DNA of 64,000 nt from a virus: positions 64,001 to 128,000 of IMG/VR virus record IMGVR_UViG_3300025534_000004. One strand, written 5' to 3'. Positions within the stretch are counted from its first letter, which is position 1. Every line of letters begins with the position of its first letter. The notes beneath the pieces were generated by a model. It saw nothing but the letters and a program-made list of their open reading frames with translations. It did not search any database and was not told the origin of the DNA. Position numbers and translations under genes: made by a program. Below are positions 61,792-64,000 of the stretch, one piece after another.

Positions 61792-62274
61792 TCACGCGGC
61801 AAGGATGGCCGTCCGATAACGCTCCACGAAGCGGTGCCAATTCGGCACCTCGGTGCTGCGCAGCGGTATCCGGTGCGTACGGATGAGTTCCCGCATCACT
61901 GCGACCGGTATCACCGCCTCCGCGATCTGCCCGGCCCGTTCCTCCGAAAAGCCGTCCGTCGTAATCCGGCCGTCCAGTACGTCCCTGACCATCGCGGGCG
62001 TGACATCGCCCTCAAAACGGTCGAGCATGTCGCCGAGCAGAACATTGACACGGCGGCTGATCTCGGCGTTGAGGCCGTGCCTCCCGGCGTCCCCGGCCCG
62101 GAACAGCCGGTTCCATTCCTCACAAAGGGGCACGAGCGCACGAGCCTGCGCGAGCGTCGTTTCGATGTGCGTCGGACCGCCCATCTTCATCGACATAGCA
62201 AAGCTGGTCGGGCTCAGAAGTGTCCCAGCCGTCGCGGTACAAAGTATGGCACCAAGCAACGCACGACGATTCAT
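61792..62274 (-). CDS. Exported protein with Tat-like signal
   Basis: MNRRALLGAILCTATAG...SFA. Confidence 0.5.
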   Translation of the reverse strand: MNRRALLGAILCTATAGTLLSPTSFAMSMKMGGPTHIETTLAQARALVPLCEEWNRLFRAGDAGRHGLNAEISRRVNVLLGDMLDRFEGDVTPAMVRDVLDGRITTDGFSEERAGQIAEAVIPVAVMRELIRTHRIPLRSTEVPNWHRFVERYRTAILAA

Positions 62275-62756
62275 CGGTAACATCCTCCGAGAACGCATTG
62301 GCCCAAGTGCCAACACGTATTGTGCTTCCTCCTTACCGCCCATTTTGGCGGTCACTGCCAACCCTAACGTGGGGCAAACAGCAGAAACATTGCCGCCCGG
62401 TCCTTGCTCCGAAACGCAACGCCCAAGGCGCCTGCCCATCGGTAATCCTGTCCTTTGACAAGACCGCTGAGGGCCGGATTGCCGAGGATCGCTGCCGCAC
62501 AGGCGATGATCTCCTCATCAGACGCCCCATCGGGCAGGACAGCCTCGACGACATGACCGAAGGCTTGCCTTGCACGCGGAAAGTACGTCCAACGCACCAC
62601 GTTGGCAAGCGACATTCCGGCCTACCGCGAAAAAAAATCGGTGCAAAAGACTGTTTTCATTTTGTTCACACCGAAAAATTCGGTATGACGCCATTGACTT
62701 GGTTCGGCGTTTATGGTCCTATCGCGGCCGATTTCAGAACGCCCTTTGAGGTCCTG

Positions 62757-63689
62757 ATGCGCCCTACCCTCGCCGAACCACCCCGCGCCGATGCCGTGTT
62801 CATCCTTCTCGGCTCCCGCGCCGCGCGGGCATGGTTCCCCGATTTCCGGCGGCCATCCGACTGGGATGCCATCGCCTCGCACGAGGCCATCTCGCGATGG
62901 GCCGACCGGAACCGCGCGAGGATCACTTCCCTGACCCGCAAGAGCGACCGGAAGATGGCCTGCCGGATGCACGGGGGCGTCCGGATCGAGTTCGAGCTTC
63001 TGGGCAGCAACCCCTCGACGGAGATGCTGGCCGAGATGGCGCGGGCGCGCCGCTTCAAGCCAACCATCTTTCCGGGCGGCGTGGCGGCCTATGCGGCGAC
63101 GCCTGCGGTGCTCTGGCTGACCAAGCGGAGCCATGCCTACTGGCCCATCCATTGGGAAAAGACGATGGCCGATCTGCATTGGCTCAAGGCCCGTGCCGCC
63201 CCGGCGACGGCCGCCGAATTGGCCTATTACGAGGCCCGGCTTGCCGAGAACAAGGCGCGGCTCGGTGACCGCAAGGCCAAGCTCGACATGTCGAACGAGG
63301 CATTCTTCGCCAAGAGCGAGCGGGCGGTCAGGCGGGTGGTCGAACACGACCGCCTGCACGAATGGGTTGCCTATTATGATCGCCCCCTGTTCGAACGCTT
63401 CAAGACCGACCTCAGCAAGGCGGCGCTGAGCCGTGCCCTGTTCGAGCAGGCTCCCATGCTGGACAAGCTCCGCCTCGTCCGCGAGGAGGCGATGGTCATC
63501 GCCCTTGAGCGGTACCTCATCCCCGGCAAGCTCACCGACCCTGCCGAGGCATACGCAAGCGCCCTCAAGCGCATCTGCACGACGCTGACCTCGGGTTGGT
63601 TCCGCGACTTCGCCATCGACCACTGGCCCATCCTGAACACTCCGGACAAGGACTTTGCGCCGCCGGTCATGGCGAGGATCGCCGCATGA
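62757..63689 (+). CDS. Phage nucleotidyltransferase-like protein
   Basis: LLGSRAA...RRPSDWD, KRSH, HDRLHE, VREEAMVIALER, TSGWFRDF. Confidence 0.65.
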   Translation: MRPTLAEPPRADAVFILLGSRAARAWFPDFRRPSDWDAIASHEAISRWADRNRARITSLTRKSDRKMACRMHGGVRIEFELLGSNPSTEMLAEMARARRFKPTIFPGGVAAYAATPAVLWLTKRSHAYWPIHWEKTMADLHWLKARAAPATAAELAYYEARLAENKARLGDRKAKLDMSNEAFFAKSERAVRRVVEHDRLHEWVAYYDRPLFERFKTDLSKAALSRALFEQAPMLDKLRLVREEAMVIALERYLIPGKLTDPAEAYASALKRICTTLTSGWFRDFAIDHWPILNTPDKDFAPPVMARIAA

Positions 63690-64000
63690 GACACGATGCG
63701 GAAGCGGAAGGCAAGCTCGCCCCTATTTACGAGGCAGTCCGCCACGCCTTCACAAATCCCGTTTCGGACACCCCGACGATTCTCCGGCTGGACGTGCAGG
63801 GCTCCGACTTCAGCCTGTTCCTCCTGTCGGGACAGCCGGACCGGTCGGAACGGCCGGGTCGCTGCCCAATTGTCGCCTTCGTGGTGTTCGAGGACGAGAA
63901 GGCCGGGGTCGCGGCCTGCGAGGAACTCGGCTTTCCGGCCATCCGCTATCCTTCGCCGGGCGTCTGCTGCGTCGGCCTGCACCAACCCGACCCCCTGCCG
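63686..64000 (+). CDS. Hypothetical protein, 3' truncated by window
   Basis: ATGA overlap with the upstream stop; frame open to the end. Confidence 0.5.
   Translation, partial: MRHDAEAEGKLAPIYEAVRHAFTNPVSDTPTILRLDVQGSDFSLFLLSGQPDRSERPGRCPIVAFVVFEDEKAGVAACEELGFPAIRYPSPGVCCVGLHQPDPLP

Noticed and set aside
63724-63729. TAAATA on the minus strand
   Set aside because: Inside a plus-strand coding frame with no credible downstream gene; likely chance.

Overview
This window is a 64-kb slice of a large, high-GC, T4-like (jumbo-type) tailed phage genome. An alphaproteobacterial host is plausible but not proven. It holds dispersed virion genes (gp13- and gp14-like neck proteins, gp15-like tail terminator, tail fibre with S74 chaperone, DUF4376), a holin-like gene, a GH19 endolysin, a dNMP kinase, three tRNAs and many small accessory ORFs. 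Two promoter classes are readable: TAAATA late boxes, and sigma70-like TTGACN promoters overlapped by an AACCG-N7/8-YGGTW palindrome. Strongest unusual signals: (1) an intact 2597-bp IS1595-family DDE element (terminal IRs, 8-bp TSD) whose transposase is translationally coupled to a TnpB/Cas12-like nuclease with all RuvC motifs, ending at the element boundary; (2) a domain-1-less class I release factor gene with an in-frame UGA at a conserved Trp position, plus an ArfA-like protein, a 70-aa GGQ-only protein, YqeY, a minimal GlyRS core, Thg1, Tpt1 and NADAR, suggesting a dispersed translation-rescue/tRNA-repair kit; (3) a ~240-nt tRNA-like ncRNA with its own promoter; (4) late-expressed enzymes (amidoligases, ART folds, Acb1-like) sharing an N-terminus resembling the T4 capsid-targeting sequence; (5) degenerate mimics (terminase ATPase, ACP lacking its Ser). 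Several single-base frameshifts suggest assembly indel errors, so single-nucleotide claims need read-level checks. All family calls come from motif recognition by eye; no searches were run.
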